Counted from the whole stretch's first letter, positions 23,924 to 37,545 are shown. The stretch is DNA of 60,941 nucleotides, filler included, from Dugesia japonica (GCA_001938525.1; 5 parts of 5 records of this genome joined end to end with filler, not necessarily neighbours in it), one strand, 5' to 3'. Program-made: numbers and translations. Notes: generated by a model not told the origin, from the letters alone.

Positions 23924-24345
23924 TTAATTAATTAATTCTTTTAATATTTCATTAACAATTGATTGATAATAAAATGTTTTTATTCTAATTAGTACAATCT
24001 TTCCACTTGAAAAAAAGTTAACACATATTGGATCATATTTTGAAATTCTTAATCCTGGAAATATTTCTGGTTCATATACTCATTTGATTACTTTGGATAA
24101 TTCATATAAATTAATCATAGTTCTCAAATCATGGACAACTGTAAGTGATTGTAATTGAATATTCTGGATGTTATACTTTAAATACTTTGGTCTTATTTTT
24201 TTCTTACAAACCCATGATTCTACAACTTCCTGACTGAAAGAAAACAAGGGTATATTTGTCTGTTTTTTCTACAACTTAAGCAGGTTTTCTACGTGATCAC
24301 TTCCTCATCAACGTTTACTCTGTAATTAATATTTGCAATCATCAT
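23924..24345 (-). pseudogene. TATA-binding-protein (TBP)-like gene within the Polinton
   Basis: Manual translation across two frameshifts and internal stops: MMIANINYRVNV../..YTLVFFQSGSCRIMG/CKK..IQLQSLTVVHDLRTMINLYELSKVIK*VYEPEIFPGLRISKYDPICVNFFSSGKIVLIRIK..IVNEILKEL. This matches the two TBP repeats (IFSSGK.V.TGAK and YEPELFPGL..IFVSGKVVLTGAK). Confidence 0.8.
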
Positions 24346-24432
24346 TTATGAATAATTAATTTTCAAAGTACTATTGATACCTGAAGAAACAATATTAATT
24401 GAATTGATACGTTAAAACAAGCATAAATTATA

Positions 24433-25050
24433 ATGGAATTAAGAAATGATGCTGTATATCGAATAGTTGGACCTAGTGGTAGTGGATAAACCTTGTTGGT
24501 GTGTAAATTATTGAAATCAAACTTATTCAAATCGAAATTCAATAAAATTCATTGGCATAGAGGTATAGATGAGGAGCATGGAATGACTCAATCAGAATTT
24601 TACGATATAAAAATGACCACAATTATTGTATTTGATGAAAATTGGAGCAAGAGATTGAAAACAGGTAATGTGATTATTGTTGATTATCTGTATCAAGAAG
24701 CTAATAAGGAAAATGACTTTAAATATTGATTCACAAAAATATCAAGACATTGTGGTGTTGCTGTTAATTACACAAAATCTATTCCATCAAGGGGGGGTGA
24801 TCATTGAACTCGTAATTTAAATGTTCAATATTTGGTTATATTTAAAAATTCAAGAAATCAAACTGTTGTTGATTTTCTAGCACGGAAAGCGTATCCAAAT
24901 AATCGACAATATCTATTGAATTCATTTAAAGATTCAACAGTAATGCCTCATGGATATACTTTTCTATATTTCACGCAGCAATTTCCAGATGAAGTTAGAG
25001 TTCGAACTGATATTTTCAATACAAATGGTGCTACAGTCTATAAACAATAA
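24433..25050 (+). pseudogene. Packaging ATPase
   Basis: IVGPSGSG*T; FTKISRH; LNVQYLVIFKNSRN..LARKAYP..DST..PHGY..RVRTDIF. Confidence 0.88.
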
Positions 25051-25439
25051 AAAGTAAGTCATTTAAAAATGTCTAAATTTTCTAAAGTTTTATTAGATCT
25101 ACATTCAATTAAACAGGTTAGCAATCACATGACTAATCAAAATGATTATACAGATAATATTGTTCCCAACGATATTAATTCGAAAAAAAGTCAATAAAGA
25201 AAACAACAAAGAAATCCATAAAGAAGTCAATAAAACAACAATCAAAGAAGTAATCAAGGGAGCAAACAAAGAATGTGAACAAAAAACAATCAAAGAAAAG
25301 GCCAAATAAGAATAAAAATTCAATCAACCAGTAAATGTTTAAAGCTATAAATAATCTATAAATGTGTAAGTTAATAAATATTATGGCATTGTAACAAAGC
25401 CTTCCTTATTTACAATTATTATTAAAGGCTCTACAAGAG

Positions 25440-25690
25440 TCTACAATGAAAATGTTACAGTCATTTACAAAATTTGTTTTGAACGATTTATTAGAGATTG
25501 TTGTACATATTCTTTGAGGAAATGTAATTCGTAACCAAGAGAAAAAACGTATTTTACAATATCATAAAAAGCCATTGCTTTCAATTTTGAAAACTAGGAA
25601 TAATAAAATAATGAGAAAAATAGTCTATAAACAATAAGGTTGATTTATTGCTGCATTATTACCAATAGCATAAGCTGCATTATGATTAAC
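25440..25690 (+). pseudogene. Maverick small basic core protein remnant
   Basis: LLEIVVHIL*GNV..KKRILQYHKK..RKIVYKQ*G*FIAALLP resembles the conserved LKGN..QKGGFL..LL family. Confidence 0.55.
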
Positions 25691-25779
25691 AAATTTAATA
25701 TAAACAATGGATAATTTAGAGTCATTATCAGGAATTTATTTCATATTCAAGAATTAATAAAGGTTATAAGTATATTTTA

Positions 25780-26170
25780 ACATGTATCGATGTAATTTAG
25801 TTGATTTGCAATAGCAATAACCACAAAATCCAAGCTAATTTCTAATGAAATGGAAGCTGCAGTCTAGGTTGTATTTAAAGATAAACATCCAGATTACTTG
25901 CAAACTGATTAAGAAAAAGACTTTTATAACTCAAAAATCAAGAATATTATTGATGATCTAAAAATTAACCATTATTCCATATTTGCACAATACAAAGCGG
26001 CATATGTTAAAAGATTTAATCGAACATTGAGAGATGCATTGAAAAGTACTTTGTGCATACTGGTAATATGACATGGATTCATGTATTACGGAAAATAATT
26101 GACAGTTATAATCATACAAGTCATAAAGAATTAAACGGAGCAAGACCAGTTGATGTATCATCTGACAATT
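25780..26170 (+). pseudogene. rve integrase remnant
   Basis: PDYLQTD*EKDFYN..KAAYVKRFNRTL..WIHVL..SYNHTSH..GARPVDV. Confidence 0.85.
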
Positions 26171-26254
26171 AAATTATATGTAAAATGGCATGGTTATGAA
26201 AAACCAAATTGGATATCTGCATCTAAATTAGTTAACAATGAACAACGCGAATAA

Positions 26255-26420
26255 TTTCTAAACCATTTTACTTAGTAATAGCTGTCCACATATTCACCCA
26301 AATAATAAAGCCAGTAAATTTATAGATGAACTTGATAATCCTATTTACTTGAATGGTAATTGGGAAGTAGCATTGATGGACTTTACTTTTCTTTATAATA
26401 CATTTCCAATTAATTACAAA
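26255..26420 (+). pseudogene. Penton N-terminal remnant
   Basis: HPNNKASKFIDELDNPIYLNGNWEVALMDFTF. Confidence 0.7.
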
Positions 26421-26589
26421 GCAATGGTTAAAAAAGATACTGGAAAATCAGAAAATAGGATATTCTTGTTATTATTTCAAACGAAGATAATAGATTGGTT
26501 TGTGAGAATCAAGAAATTGAAATAGTTAATGATTATGATATGAAAATAATATGAAAATATCATGATGAAGACGATGTACGGAATCAGTT

Positions 26590-29200
26590 TTTACAAGAAA
26601 ACCAAGTTTGATATATCTAAATTTGGATGTAAGTCATAAGAGTAAGGTTGAGGGAGGACAAAATCTTAATCTTTTATTACTAGAAAATAAGGATAAGTTT
26701 CCATACACTGCAATAATGAATTTAAATAGACTGATGAATGTAATAAATAATGGTACTCGAATCCGATCTACTTGGTGTCCAAATTGCTTGAATGGGGTTA
26801 ATGATAAGACTGCATTTGAGAAACATGAACCACTTTTTGAAAGGATTCAAACTGGTTATACGTTATATAGAATGCCTGATGAAAAATGAGTTAATTTTTA
26901 AGGATTACTCTAAGATAATCACTCCTTCTTTCTTTATTTAAGCTGATTTTGAATCAGTTTTACGCAAAGATCCAAAATACTTTCAACGTCATGAACTGAT
27001 GTCTGCTGGACTTTTACTAGTTTTTAATTTTACTAATGAATCTAAGTATTATCAGTTCATCGGCTATGAGTGCATTACCGATTTCTTGCAAATGATAGAG
27101 GATTTAACTAAAATCCTTGTCCAACCTTATTATGAGAAAAATAGTAAAAAGACAATTATAATTACAACTGATGATGAAATAAGCTTTAAAAGATCTACGA
27201 TCTGTTATTTGTGCAAAAAACAAATAAATAATCCAGTAAGAGACCATAATCATTTTACCGGTAAATATATAGGAACTGCTTGTTCCAAATGTAATGTAAG
27301 TAGGAAAATAAGGTTTGATCTTTCTGTTGAGTTTCATAATTTAAAGAGGTATGATCTCCATCATATTTTAAAGTATGGACTTATTAACTTTTGAAATTGG
27401 GAGATTTCTTGAGTTCTACTTACTAGTAAAAAATTCTTGAGTTTGACTGCACATATATGTATAGCATCAGTAAGGTTTAGGGATTGTTACCAATTTATAA
27501 AATCTTCTCTTGATGCTGCCATTAAGACAATAAATTCAACTCCATTAACATCAAAGGAGTTTAAGGATAGTAGACTTATTAAGACTAAGGAGATTTTTTC
27601 TTATAACTTTGCGACTAGTTTAGAGGGTTTAGAGGAAACATTATCATTACCACCAATTTAGGAAGAGGTTTCAAAGGAAAATTATTTGAAAGCTGTTGAA
27701 ATGCGGAAATGTTTTGGTTGTAAGAATCTTTTAGACTATAGGATGGTATAATTCAAACTTAATGTTTTAATTTTGGCTAATTTCATTTAGCAATTTTGGA
27801 CTAAATATTTAGAACATAATAGATTAGAACAATTTAATTTCTTTGGAATTCCTGGAATGAGTTGGGCTTCTGCATTGATAACTTTAAATATCCAAGTAAG
27901 CTTTTGACCAACAATGATATGTACACTTTCTTTGAAGGTGGAATTAGAGGAGGCCTTACTTTTGTGAATAAACCTTATGTAGCTACAGATGATAATACTG
28001 AGCTTCTATAGTAATAATATATACGGGTGGGCTTTAAGACGAAAGCTTCCTTATAAGAACTTTTAATGGATTCATTCTGATTAGGAAAAAATTCTTATTG
28101 ATTGTAGGGCTTTAGACTTAGATTCGTTGTCCTATGGTCATAGTGTTGAAGTGTGTTGATTCCTAGTGATTTACATAACTATTTAAGTGATTTTACAGTT
28201 GCTGCTGAACAATAATTATTACAAGGTACAAAATTTTAAAAATTACTACTTACACATCACCCAATCAAAAACTATGTAATACATTGGAGATTGCTTCAAT
28301 TGTATTTAAAAATCGGGGTTGAAGTGACTAAATTCATAGGGCTGTAAAGTTTGATCAAGACTATATCTTTAAGGCATATGAAGATGGAAACACTGCATTA
28401 AGATCTGAAAGTAAAATTGAGTTAGACAAAAATTATTATAAACTACTCAATAATAATCTTGACGGTAAAACTGTTGAAAATCTTAAGAAGAGAATTAATC
28501 TCCGTATCTGTAACTCTGATAAAAAGTTGGTGACCTATACTTCCAAACCGAGTTTTAGGAAAACATTTAAAATTGATAAGGATCTGATTGCTTTTCAACT
28601 TAATAAGGATGTTATTTGTTTAGATAGTCTGAGTTATATTGGACAATCTGTACTTCATTTATCAAAGCTTAGGATGTATCAGCTTCTGAATATAGATTTA
28701 CAAAAATACTGTAAGGAAGAAAAATTTTGTATAAATATTGTTGCAGGCGACACAGATAGCTTCTTTCTAGAGGTTAAAGATATTAATTTAGAGAAATTAT
28801 TATACTTAATGGTTCAGGATAATATTCTTGACTCATAAATTATGCTAAAAATCATCCACTTTTCAATAATGACTTTAATTCTGTTCTAGGGAAATTTAAA
28901 GACGAATCCAAAGGTATAAGGTATAAGAAATGGATTTTTCTGAGACCAAAATGTTAAATTCTTCTTAGAGAAAAAACTTCTATGAAGGCTAAGGGTGTAG
29001 CATTAAAAGGTGCTGACATAAATCATCAGTCATACCTTGATTGTTATAATAATAATCAAAAGGTCTCAGTAAATCAATTTAGAATTTTTACAAAAGACTA
29101 CACAACTAATGGTGCAAATAATTCAAAAGTAGCATTAACAAACACAGACGATAAAGAGTATGGGTAAAACAGAATGAAAGTTTACCATACAGACATTGTG
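26590..29200 (+). pseudogene. Protein-primed family B DNA polymerase
   Basis: ADFES; CYLC..VRDHNHFTGKYIGTACSKCN; FHNL..YD; GIRGG; YYKLLNN..GKTVEN; AGDTDSFF; LGKFKDE; KAKGV. Many stops and frameshifts. Confidence 0.93.
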
Positions 29201-31614
29201 ATATACCAACTTGTATGGAAGATGAATCAGAAGCAAATCAGATATTTTAAAGGTAATGATTTGTTATTTTTTAAATTTTAATTAATTAATTTATTAATTT
29301 GTTCAGTATTTTCAAACAGTTCAATAATCAAACAATAGACAGATTGATCAGATTTTTATTAAATAAATATTTTACTTTAAAAAAAATGACTTTATCTTTT
29401 TAGTTTTTAAAGTGCTTTTATTATTTTTAATGATACCAGGGATCCGTAAATAAAGTACCTGTTTCTCTATAACTTTTTTATGTATAAGGTTTGTTGATTT
29501 TTAAGAGTGTTATTCGTACTCACCGTAAAAGTTCCAGTCGAATAGTATAAATTTAGATAAATTTTGAGGTAATTTTGATATTTTCGAAAAACCTCACCAA
29601 ACTCCGTGAGAGTGGCTGTGCATATTCGTTAGGAAGTATTTTTCCTGTAAATTTTCAGCAGTTTGGTATAGAAATCTTTGAAATCTGATATATAGAACAT
29701 ATTTTTTCAAACATTTAGAGTGTTCACCTAAATTCTCATAAAAATTTCATTTTAAAAACATTTTAAATTTTCATATTACTTAAACAACATGAATAGTTTG
29801 CCGGATTCTTATTAAAAATTCCTATAAAAAAATATTTTCTACCTAAAAAACCTTAAAAACACTTGCCGCTTAAAAAGCCTAAAAAACATTTTGCCAATTA
29901 AAACCACAGGAAAAAGTAACCTCTCTTAGTCCTATTACGTAACGTTTCACTGATGAAATTAATCTCATGACCTGATTTGTGTGTAAATAATTTTCCTAAC
30001 TAAATACACAGGAAAAAATAGCCTCGCTTATGTAATAATCTCGCGACGAGATTAATAACATTATGTAACGCACACAAATGTGTGCCGCCGCCTATTTACA
30101 TTGGAAAAATATAGCCTCTATTATCTGATTTCGTCTTGGGGGGGTCTACTGAATGTGTGCTGAGGTTCTCATATGAGGGGATTTTGCAATTATCTGATTA
30201 AATCAGTCAGTTTAAATCATATATGACTTCACATTTTTAGTTGGTTTAAAATAAAATTAGATAATAGTTTTTGAAAACATAAAAATTGTTCAAAGTTTCT
30301 TTCGTATAAATCAATATATATATCAATTAAACATTCTGAAAAAATATATTGTTTATATAAAATTATTATACTAACTCTACTTAGTGCTGTAAAAACTGTA
30401 AGACTGAAAGCGTTTAAAAGTAAAATAATCCAAAGAATCCAAAAATCTAATTCCCATATAATTTGATGTGGTAAAAGTTCTTTTGTTTCATCATATAGGC
30501 TGAAATAAATTACAGATGAAAATTAATACTCTATATGAGATACGTCTCAAAAATAATTTTTAAAGTTCCAACTAAAAGTTTTAAACTTTATTCATATTTG
30601 GTTGACTTTTCATGCATGCAAAAAATAAGGTTTTTTGTCACTTTTTTCCCATTCAGGAAATCAAATGCATGTATTTTGCTGCTTTTTGTTTAATAAGTTA
30701 AATAATAAATCCTAATAAAAATTAACACTTTTTTTTTATATATTAACTATAATTGTAGGTAGTTAGTAGCGCACGGTTGCAAACCCCCTGTTGGCTAGAA
30801 AACTTTTATGACTTAAAATATTTTCCCCATACACATGTTTCCACCGATTTGATTTTTCAAAAAGTTTTATGTGATTAAGTCATTTGTGGTTTCAATTTGA
30901 TTGGTCGAAATTTTGTATGTGTCGTGGTGTCGTAATGATGCCGTAATAGTTATACAATGATTAAGTAGTACATATATTTGTTTCAATTGACGAATTTTTA
31001 TAATTTTCCACAGTTATTTCATTCAATATATATTTTGCTATTATGTATTTAATTTTTGACTTGCTTTTCAGTGTAAATAGTGGATATATAAAAGTAAAAT
31101 ACCTCATGGCTACTTCCCAACAAAAATCAGAATTTGAATTTCAACAATGAATCTACTTGCTATATTTTCTGGGTGAATAAGTAGAAACAATTACTTGGTA
31201 AACTATAATAAAAAATACTTTATTTCATTTAAATTTTTTTCTTGATTGACTATTTGCGATGCTAATATCCAACTTGGTTTTAATATCCATGCTATTTTAC
31301 ATGGTATTGTTTATTCTTAGTCGTTCCTTTTAATTTTGATGATTTCTTTTATTCTATATATATCTGGTAATTCTATAAATCTCTTCCTTGTTCTTAGATT
31401 TTGCCTTGTAGGTATTCAAATTTTGACTTATCTATAGAATAGAAATGGATAATATTGATAGGTTATTTAGTGATTTTTGGATGTTCTCGTGATAACCATA
31501 ATTTTAATGTATTGTTTGAACTTAAATCAACCGATTTTTCTTTATATAATTACTTTTTGATATAATTAATAACTTTTTCTTGTACAATTTTGAAGATATG
31601 CTATAAATATTTGT

Positions 31615-31995
31615 CATCTTATTACGGTTTTAACGATACCCATTTCAATGAATGAAAATACATTTTAAAAGATTTAAACGGTTTCAACGGTTTTCCTTGA
31701 TACATCACAAGGTTTTGCAATACTAGAAATGTTTTTCATTTTATTATGGTATGAACGATACCCATATTGATGTATAAAAGTCAATTTTAAAGGGTCTTGA
31801 ATGGTTTCATAAGTTGTTATTGACTCTACATAGGGTTAATTTAACATGCTAAAAATGTCCACCAACTTATTGCAGTTTGAATGATACATATATTGACTCG
31901 GTTACAATATATTTTAAAGGGTCATGAATGGTACACCATACGGTTAATTTAGAATTATAGAAATGATCATCAACTCATTGCGAATCCATATTGAC
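31615..31995. repeat. Degenerate ~125-bp tandem repeat, about 3 copies
   Basis: ttatt..ggt..aacgatac..atattga..attttaaagggtc.tgaatggt recurs near 31619, 31741 and 31867. Confidence 0.6.
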
Positions 31996-32650
31996 TAGTT
32001 CAATGAGAACAGATTCGCTGTGTCAGTCAGTCTAAACGGGCCACAGTTTCGATGTGACGGTGGTTCAATCTTACCACAGTAAAGCTGTGGTTACAATTTA
32101 GTCCATAGATACTTTTGCAAAGCTGCAGCTACCAGTCAGAAATAGTGAACCAATAGTCAAAACTGACCTGCAGTCAAATTTAATAACCAAAACCTTTAAA
32201 AATAGAAGAAAATGATAACATACTAATCAAAATTGGTAACAAATCAGTCAAACGTTGTACTCACTCATTCAGAAATTATAAAAAACAGTTGAAATTAATG
32301 AACCAAGTAGTCAGACAAAAATGGCTGACCGCAGGGTTACCAATCAGCCATGGTTTGATGAGTGAGGTTTCCTTACTATGGTAAAAATTGGTTGAAATGC
32401 GACAAATATGTCTGATGTGGGCTAATTAATAGCTAGATGATAGCTTAGTGATAAAATTATGACATTCAATTAATAGGTAACAGTTGCTTTGAAATATCTT
32501 ATCATTTTGCGGATCAGTGTCTAGCCAATTATTATCTAATTACTCATAACTATAACCCTAAGACAATAATAACCTACGACTATCATAGACAAGATTCAAT
32601 GCCCATTCAAATCCATCATCGAAACCTTTAAACATTTAAACTTTTTGCAG

Positions 32651-34844
32651 TAACTAAAAAATGAAAAGCGTTGTAATGGCAACGGTATTTGAACCGTGAT
32701 CGCAACCGTAGTCATGGCAACGGCCGCGAAAATGGAAAATTTGATTTTGCGCAATGACTAATGGCAATGGTGCGCACAAACTGATTGCATAATGTGTATC
32801 CAAGATAGGCGTATCGTTAGCACTTGGTACCATGGCAACAAAAAATTTGTTTATATATTTTTTTGAATTTTTTCTGAAAAAATAAAATAAAGTTATTAGA
32901 TATTTGAAAATTTTAAAATATGAATAAAAATATAGAAAAATATGTAGAGTCTAAAAGTTTTTTTTTGAAATTTTTCTAAAGAATTTTAGTGACGATTTAA
33001 CGTTTCAAAGTTCCTGTCCTCGATTCCTCCCATAGTTTTGAGTAATAGATGAAATTTATACTATTGATTAGGTAGACTTATATATAGAAAAGTTATAATT
33101 CATTTTTTATAATTTTAGAACAATGATGAAAATGGAATATTTTGAAAATAAAATGGTGGAGAAGGAAAGTGAAAATATCTTAAAATTATGCAACCAGCAA
33201 CAACAACATCAAAGAGAAACACAAACGACCAGTAAGTATCCATTCCAACTTAACTCAATTCTCGCCAACAATATGGATAAATATATACGTGATTGTAGAT
33301 ATTTAATTTCTGAAAAATTACAAAAGTGATTCCAGAACATAAATACCATCGAAAGAAATTCAAAAGATTAAATGACTGGGAAATATTAGAATATAGATAT
33401 TTATTAGAAAAGGATATTGAAAGAGGAATTCATGCTTTGAATTAAGTAAGATAAAATAATGATTGTTAGAAATGTTGTTACAAGAAAGAAATAAACGAAG
33501 AGAACCTCAATTTCCATCAAATGTATCAAAAATAGTCGAAGAGTTGGCCTAGATAGTACAATAGAAAATATGCTGAAGAAACCGTACGATCCGCAGGAAA
33601 CAGTTCAACAGCAAAAAATATTTAATCTTCAAATAGTATTGGATGCATTACTGTCACTGAAAGGATGCGATTTACATCAAGAAGGAGAAATTGGAGATTT
33701 AAGTAATAATATTTATAATAATAAACAACTTTAATATTACTTTAGTTGGCCGTTTCAATCATCCAACAATTGAAGACAACGATAGTTAACATCATCAATG
33801 ACGTTTTTTAATATAAATAAATATTGAAAAATATTTTATTATCTTTAGAAAATTATAATAATAAAGTTTACTAAAATTGTTTAATAAAATTTTTTTAAAA
33901 ATAATACAAATTTAAATTAGTTATCAAACATCATATTAAACGAATATACAAAAAATTATCAAAATAAAAACAAATTTCATATTTCACAAATTTTTATTTA
34001 GATTTCTGCTAATAAAAATATTTACATCCCAATACAAAAATATTTTTTCAAAAAAGTTTAGTAAAAGTCACTCAAAACTATGGGAAGAGTCGAGGACAGG
34101 AACTTTGGAACCTTATCTCGTCACAACTATTCAAAATAAAATATTTTAAAAAATATTATTAAACTCAACATATTTTTTTATATTTTTAATATTTTAAAAT
34201 TTTCAAATATCAAAACAAATTATTTTATTTTTTCAGAAAAATCTCAAAAAGAAATATTTAAAATTTTTTAATTGTCATAACAACCAATGAGATTAGTGCG
34301 GACACTTGCCGTACAGGCAAGTAAATAAATATCATAACATTAAATATCTTAGTTGTTGAGAAAAATCAATAAAACCGTAAGTTTTACCGTTTCCATGGAA
34401 ACCAGCCCATTTCTTATAATCATGCCAAGAAAAAAATCTATATTTTATTACAAAAATAATTTTTCAAAAAAGTAAATTAGAAGTCACTCAAAACTATGGG
34501 AGGAGTCGAGGACAGGAACTTTGAAACGCTATATCGTCACTAATATTCTTTAGAAAAATTTCNNNNNNNNNNNNNNNNNNNNNNNNNNNNNNNNNNNNNN
34601 NNNNNNNNNNNNNNNNNNNNNNNNNNNNNNNNNNNNNNNNNNNNNNNNNNNNNNNNNNNNNNNNNTTCAAAAAAATATATAAACAAATTTTTTGTTGCCA
34701 TGGTACCAGTTGCTAACGATACGCCTATCTTGGATACACTTTATACAAGCAGTTTGCGCGCACCATTGCCATTAGTCATTGCGCAAAATCCAATTTTCCA
34801 TTTTCGCGACCGTTGCCATTACAACGCTTTTCATTTTTTAGTTA
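32651..34844. mobile_element. ~2.2-kb element with ~390-bp terminal inverted repeats and a decayed unidentified interior
   Basis: 32651-33043 is the reverse complement of ~34484-34844. A second diverged copy of the inner arm lies at ~34030-34280. Confidence 0.8.
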
Positions 34845-36033
34845 TTGTGAGCTCCTTCCCTACCCCTTTTGTCCTCAACTCCTCCCTTCTATCTACTAAA
34901 GTATATATTCAGTGTGAATTATAGAAATTAAACCATTAACTGAATAATCAATAGGCAAATGATTGTGTATCTTAATATTTGTTTGTAACGAGTATTATAT
35001 ATGTTAAGACTTGATTATATCAAGTATTGTTTGTAGTAAGACTTGATGATAGTGACAGTCGTATTTTCCAAAAGCTGTTGGTAACGAGTATTGTGTACTT
35101 TTAGATATTCTCCACGATAATATTAACAATTGAAACCAATTTTTACAAAGTAAATATAAAAATGAATTAGTTGGTCATGAAACTTGTTAGTATTAGAATC
35201 AATAATTTGCATGTATTTCTTTTTTTTGGGTAATATTAAAATTTCATGTAAGTGGCATTCATATTGCATTATTTTCACACTTGTAATGGACACATACTTT
35301 GTATGTATTGCAACATATTATTCATTCATCTTGCATACTTCATGTAAATTTCATAAAAATTGATAACAACCTAGACAAATTAAGCATGTTAATGACTGTG
35401 TATAAAAAAATGTAATATAATTAGTGACTAAATATTCTTTATTAAATATTTTCTATGTCCAAACTAATGTTAAGTACATTATTTTCCAATGACGAAACTC
35501 ATATTTTCTATATCGAAACCATATAATAATGCTTAAGTTATAGTTTAAAGTTTGATTCCACTAATAATGTAACTGATAATTAAGTATTTAAAAGAAAATG
35601 AAACCCATGAAAATTAAAGTGCACGCAGAGAAACTAATGAGCAAAGCTAAGAAGAAGGTAAATGGTGAAGTTTTTTTTGACAGGGATATCTATATTTCAT
35701 ATGATAAACTCATATTTTTCATGTTGAAATGTATATTGAACTCAAATTGTAATAAACTTAATCCTTTATTAAATAAAATAAACCATGAGTTATTATTATC
35801 ATTTGAAGCTCAATACATAAATATAAAGAAAATATAGGAAAAACCGGCAAAATATAGTAAAATAGGGTAAAACAAGGTCAAATAGAACTAGATAGGGACA
35901 AAAAGAGTCAAACTGTTAAAATAGGTCCAAATAGGGCAAAATCACGAAAAGTTGATGAAAATAGGATAAAACTGGGTAAAATATGGTATTTAAGGGTAAA
36001 TATAGTATTAATAATAATAATAATAATAATAAT

Positions 36034-36133
36034 NNNNNNNNNNNNNNNNNNNNNNNNNNNNNNNNNNNNNNNNNNNNTTAATTAATTAANNNNNNNNNNN
36101 NNNNNNNNNNNNNNNNNNNNNNNNNNNNNNNNN
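36034..36133. other. Artificial contig linker
   Basis: 44 N + TTAATTAATTAA + 44 N. Confidence 0.97.
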
Positions 36134-36499
36134 ATTTTAGACACATCATGCTTTATTATTTTTCCTTATTTTTCGATAATTTATTCGTTTTTTGAGATTT
36201 TATTGGCTTTTTTAACGTTATAACTAATTTGGTTTGAATATTGAACTTTTTCTTAATTTTCACAATTACAAAAATTAAAAATAATTTCTTCGTTATTATT
36301 GAAATTCAAAACCAAATCATTTTTTTTNNNNNNNNNNNNNNNNNNNNNNNNNNNNNNNNNNNNNNNNNNNNNNNNNNNNNNNNNNNNNNNNNNNNNNNNN
36401 NNNNNNNNNNNNNNNNNNNNNNNNNNNNNNNNNNNNNNNNNNNNNNNNNNNNNNNNNNNNNNNNNNNNNNNNNNNNNNNNNNNNNNNNNNNNNNNNNNN

Positions 36500-37468
36500 N
36501 TTTTTTTTTAATGAAATTTTTAGTGCCATAATTGGAAACAAAAGATTTCTGCTTCCGAAGCAGATGTTGAAACGGTGGTTTGTCAAGTTCAACAACGGTG
36601 ACACAAGTCTTGAATGCGAACTAAGATCCGGTAAACAAACGCGTCTTGTTAAAGTATGTAGAATCCTATACGTATTTCATATACACATCAATTGTGCAGG
36701 TAGACTTGGTGGCTCTTCAAAATCAGCCATCTTCGCACAATGGCTAAAAATATAGAGCTCCTAAAACGGATTCTTATGAGCTTATGGAAATTCAATTGAT
36801 CAAACGGCTCCCATTTTGTAACACATTGGACGAACTGTTTTTTAAAAAGATTCTTGTAATGGACAATAAGTGGGTATTGTTAAACAATCTNNNNNNNNNN
36901 NNNNNNNNNCTAACCCAAAATTAACCACCTATTTTTTATCTGAAAGTCCGGCAATTTGTAAAAAAGGTCATAATTACTGTTTTTTGGAATGGTGATTGCA
37001 TCTTGTTTTTTGAACTCCTGTCGGCAGGTCAAGATATAAATAACGATATTTACTCAACACAGTAAAGACTTCACGGAGTTATGAAAGCAAAATATTCCTA
37101 TTTAATCAATTTGAAGAAAGTTTTGTTACAAGTTGTCAATGTTAAACCACATGTCTCACGAAAATAAATTGAAACTATCAACAGTCTTCCACCAAATTTC
37201 CCAGGCCTTGCGGCTACTGAGCTTAATCTATTTCAATCTGTATCACATTTTCTCGTGCTTTGAGATTAGAGAAGACCTTCATAATAACCTCACAATGTTC
37301 TTTGACTCCAACCCCCAAATTGATACAAAAATGGGATCCAAATTATTGTCCAACATTGAGCCCTTTTTTGCCAAATTTTACTTTATTATTATTAAACTTT
37401 GTTTTGGGCAATAAAATATTAATTGAAATTTCTTATAGCAAAAACGCTCATTTTTTTATGGGATATCC
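36500..37468 (+). mobile_element. Decayed Tc1/mariner transposon
   Basis: RWFVKFNNGDTSLE..RSGK; ILVMDNKWV (cf. IVTGDEKWV); KVIITVFWN..ILFFELL..INNDIY; a YSPDLAP-like remnant; a mariner-like end ..TTTATGGGATATCC. Confidence 0.8.
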
Positions 37469-37545
37469 CAGGGTTTCCCAAAGTGTGGGTCGCGACCCGG
37501 AACCGGATCGTAGAACAATTTTGCCGGGTTGCGAAAAAAAATTGT
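37469..37545 (+). mobile_element. hAT (Charlie-like) terminal fragment
   Basis: CAGGGTTTCCCAAAGTGTGGGTCGCGACCC is a typical Charlie/SPIN-type end. No partner end was identified. Confidence 0.55.

Larger units (their letters stand above)
23635..30150. mobile_element. Polinton/Maverick element B, decayed with internal deletions; a different lineage from A and C
   Basis: ATPase, core protein, integrase, penton N-terminus and pPolB remnants. Candidate right terminus GGGGGGGTCTACT at 30150. Confidence 0.88.
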
